DNA from: Phyllosticta citribraziliensis
Lineage: Eukaryota
Length of the DNA stretch: 64,000 nucleotides
Assembly (NCBI RefSeq): GCF_038025025.1
Contig: NW_027117344.1
Span: forward strand, 1,364,001 to 1,428,000
Direction: 5' to 3'
Shown: in pieces, positions 62,274-64,000 of the stretch
Layout of the letters: each line of letters opens with the position of its first letter
Numbering within the stretch: the stretch's first letter is position 1
Notes under the pieces: model-generated
Told to the model about the DNA's origin: nothing
The model's database searches: none
Seen by the model: only the letters and a program-made list of their open reading frames with translations
Translations under genes and position numbers: made by a program

Positions 62274-64000
62274 TAAGAGATGCTGCTCGAGGAACCAGTT
62301 CCCCGGAACACGATAGGATGCACGCGCGGACATGTCACCATCTCAGAAGGTCGTTCGCTGCACATGCGCGACTCTGAACCTCGGCGAAGCCATGTCGTCA
62401 TGCTGCCTGCCGCGAACTTATCGAACCAATCTGCCTTGGCTTTCGACCGGTCCCAAGAGTCAACCAAGCGGCCAAGTCTGAGGAGGTTATCAGAAAGACA
62501 CACCAGATCCATGCATCGAGCGGCGCTGAATAAAAGCGAGCTTGGGAAATAAGAGTCGGCAGCTCTCGTTGCGATCTCTGCAAGAAGGCACACGGCGAAA
62601 ACGTCGCAACAGGCAACCATGATAGCACGCGAATAGAGAGCAATTCATACCGTAATTGCCCAACTGAAGAGATACGAAATTTTCCATGCGCATGTCTTTT
62701 GGGCGAAGATCAACCCACGTCTCTGAGCTAAAGCTCAAACTTAGCACAACGACCCCTGCACCCCAGATTGCCTGATGCCTCCGGAGCGACGTCTTCTTTC
62801 CCCCACCACTGCCACAGCGCCCACGGCTTGTCAAGCGTGGAGGAGGCTCCAACAAGACTGGGCCACGCTGATCCGTAGGGCTGTACTGATAACCGTTTGG
62901 AGATCAGTTAGGGTAGCCCCCTGCACGTCCCGAACGCTTGCTTGCTTGCTTGCAGGCACACGACAATCAGGACCATCACGCGCACCCGCGAGTCATCCTC
63001 AGGATAGCATCAGAGCGGATCCCGTGGGGGTACTTGATCGAGTAGATAAGTACCCCGCGAATGGTAGGTCAACCTGCCCAATTGGCAAGTGGGTTGTGCG
63101 TTCAATGGGCAAAAAGCTGGCTCGAATATCACCGAGAGTCAGCCAACCACCATCCTAGAGGAGTAACACTTTTGTCTTCCCAACCAACCCCAGGCCCTGC
63201 GCAGCGCAGCGCTCTCCCGTATCAGCGGCGCCTTAACCGCCCTGAAACGCCATGCTGGGTCCGGGGCAAGAGACAGCGGCTGCATATGCGCGCGCATCTT
63301 GGGGGGAGTCTTGGGACTGTTCGCTCCTTCTGGACATACATAGCCGACGACTGGCAACTGATAGGGGAGAGGATGAGGGGGGAAGCGTTCATCATTGGCT
63401 CCAGCCATGACCGAAAGATAATGTCGTTCGTCGCAATTGCGTGGGATGTGGTGCGAGGACGGACTGACGACGGACTGACTGACTGAAGAGCTTCTAACTG
63501 ACTGGTGGGTGGTGGGTTGCCAGAATGGCGGTAATTGGGGCGACGAGCTCGTCATTATTGGCATGACGACGAGGCCAGCCGGGCGAGACACCGGGACTAT
63601 CAGGATAGGTTCTTTAGCCAAGCGCCGTCTGCCTGCCTGGGTGTGCGTGCAACCAAGATGTAGATAAAGCGCCATGTCTACCTGCAGCAAGGCAGAGCAG
63701 CAGAGCGGTACTCGTTTTTACATGTGCATGGGATTCGGCGCTCGTGGTCGTCCTCTGTCGTCTTTCTCTCCGTCGTCACTGGTCACCTAGCCAGGCAGGC
63801 ATCTCGAATCGAGACATCCCACAACCAGTCTCTCGGGGCACCGATAGCGCTATCTATCTATCGCCCTGTGTGAGAGTGCGCGTGCGCGTGTGGGCGAAGC
63901 ATGTGTGAGCAAGTACCCGACCGTCTGTCCGTCAATCAATCAGTCAATCAAATCAGAGCGAAAAACAAAGAGTCTGCGCTGCCTGCTGCGCCCTAGCTTC

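Overview
Fungal (filamentous ascomycete, probably Dothideomycete) genomic DNA with short spliceosomal introns. An ~18 kb AT-rich, RIP-mutated block (7150-25114) resolves completely into three transposons, each with both ends and a target-site duplication (TSD). They are a Mutator/MULE DNA transposon (7150-10665), a Ty1/Copia element (11677-25114, minus strand) and a Ty3/Gypsy chromovirus nested inside the Copia (14626-22869). All three sit inside one AA5 copper-radical (glyoxal-oxidase-like) gene, now split into three pieces; the middle, apparently unique piece was itself heavily RIP-mutated. The Gypsy carries a Tf1-type self-priming signal and a relic antisense Cys-rich (DUF3716-like) accessory ORF. 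The rest is GC-balanced gene space: GH16 glucanase, NmrA/isoflavone-reductase-like protein, peroxisomal malate synthase, a hypothetical protein, NUDT19-like Nudix hydrolase, IMPDH with an intronic snR54-type C/D snoRNA, IQGAP, a Zn2Cys6 transcription factor, CGI121, COX4, a CaiB/BaiF CoA-transferase paired with a pseudogenised acyl-CoA dehydrogenase, a large hypothetical protein, a small TM/coiled-coil protein and HSK3. All calls come from reading motifs by eye; no database searches were run.
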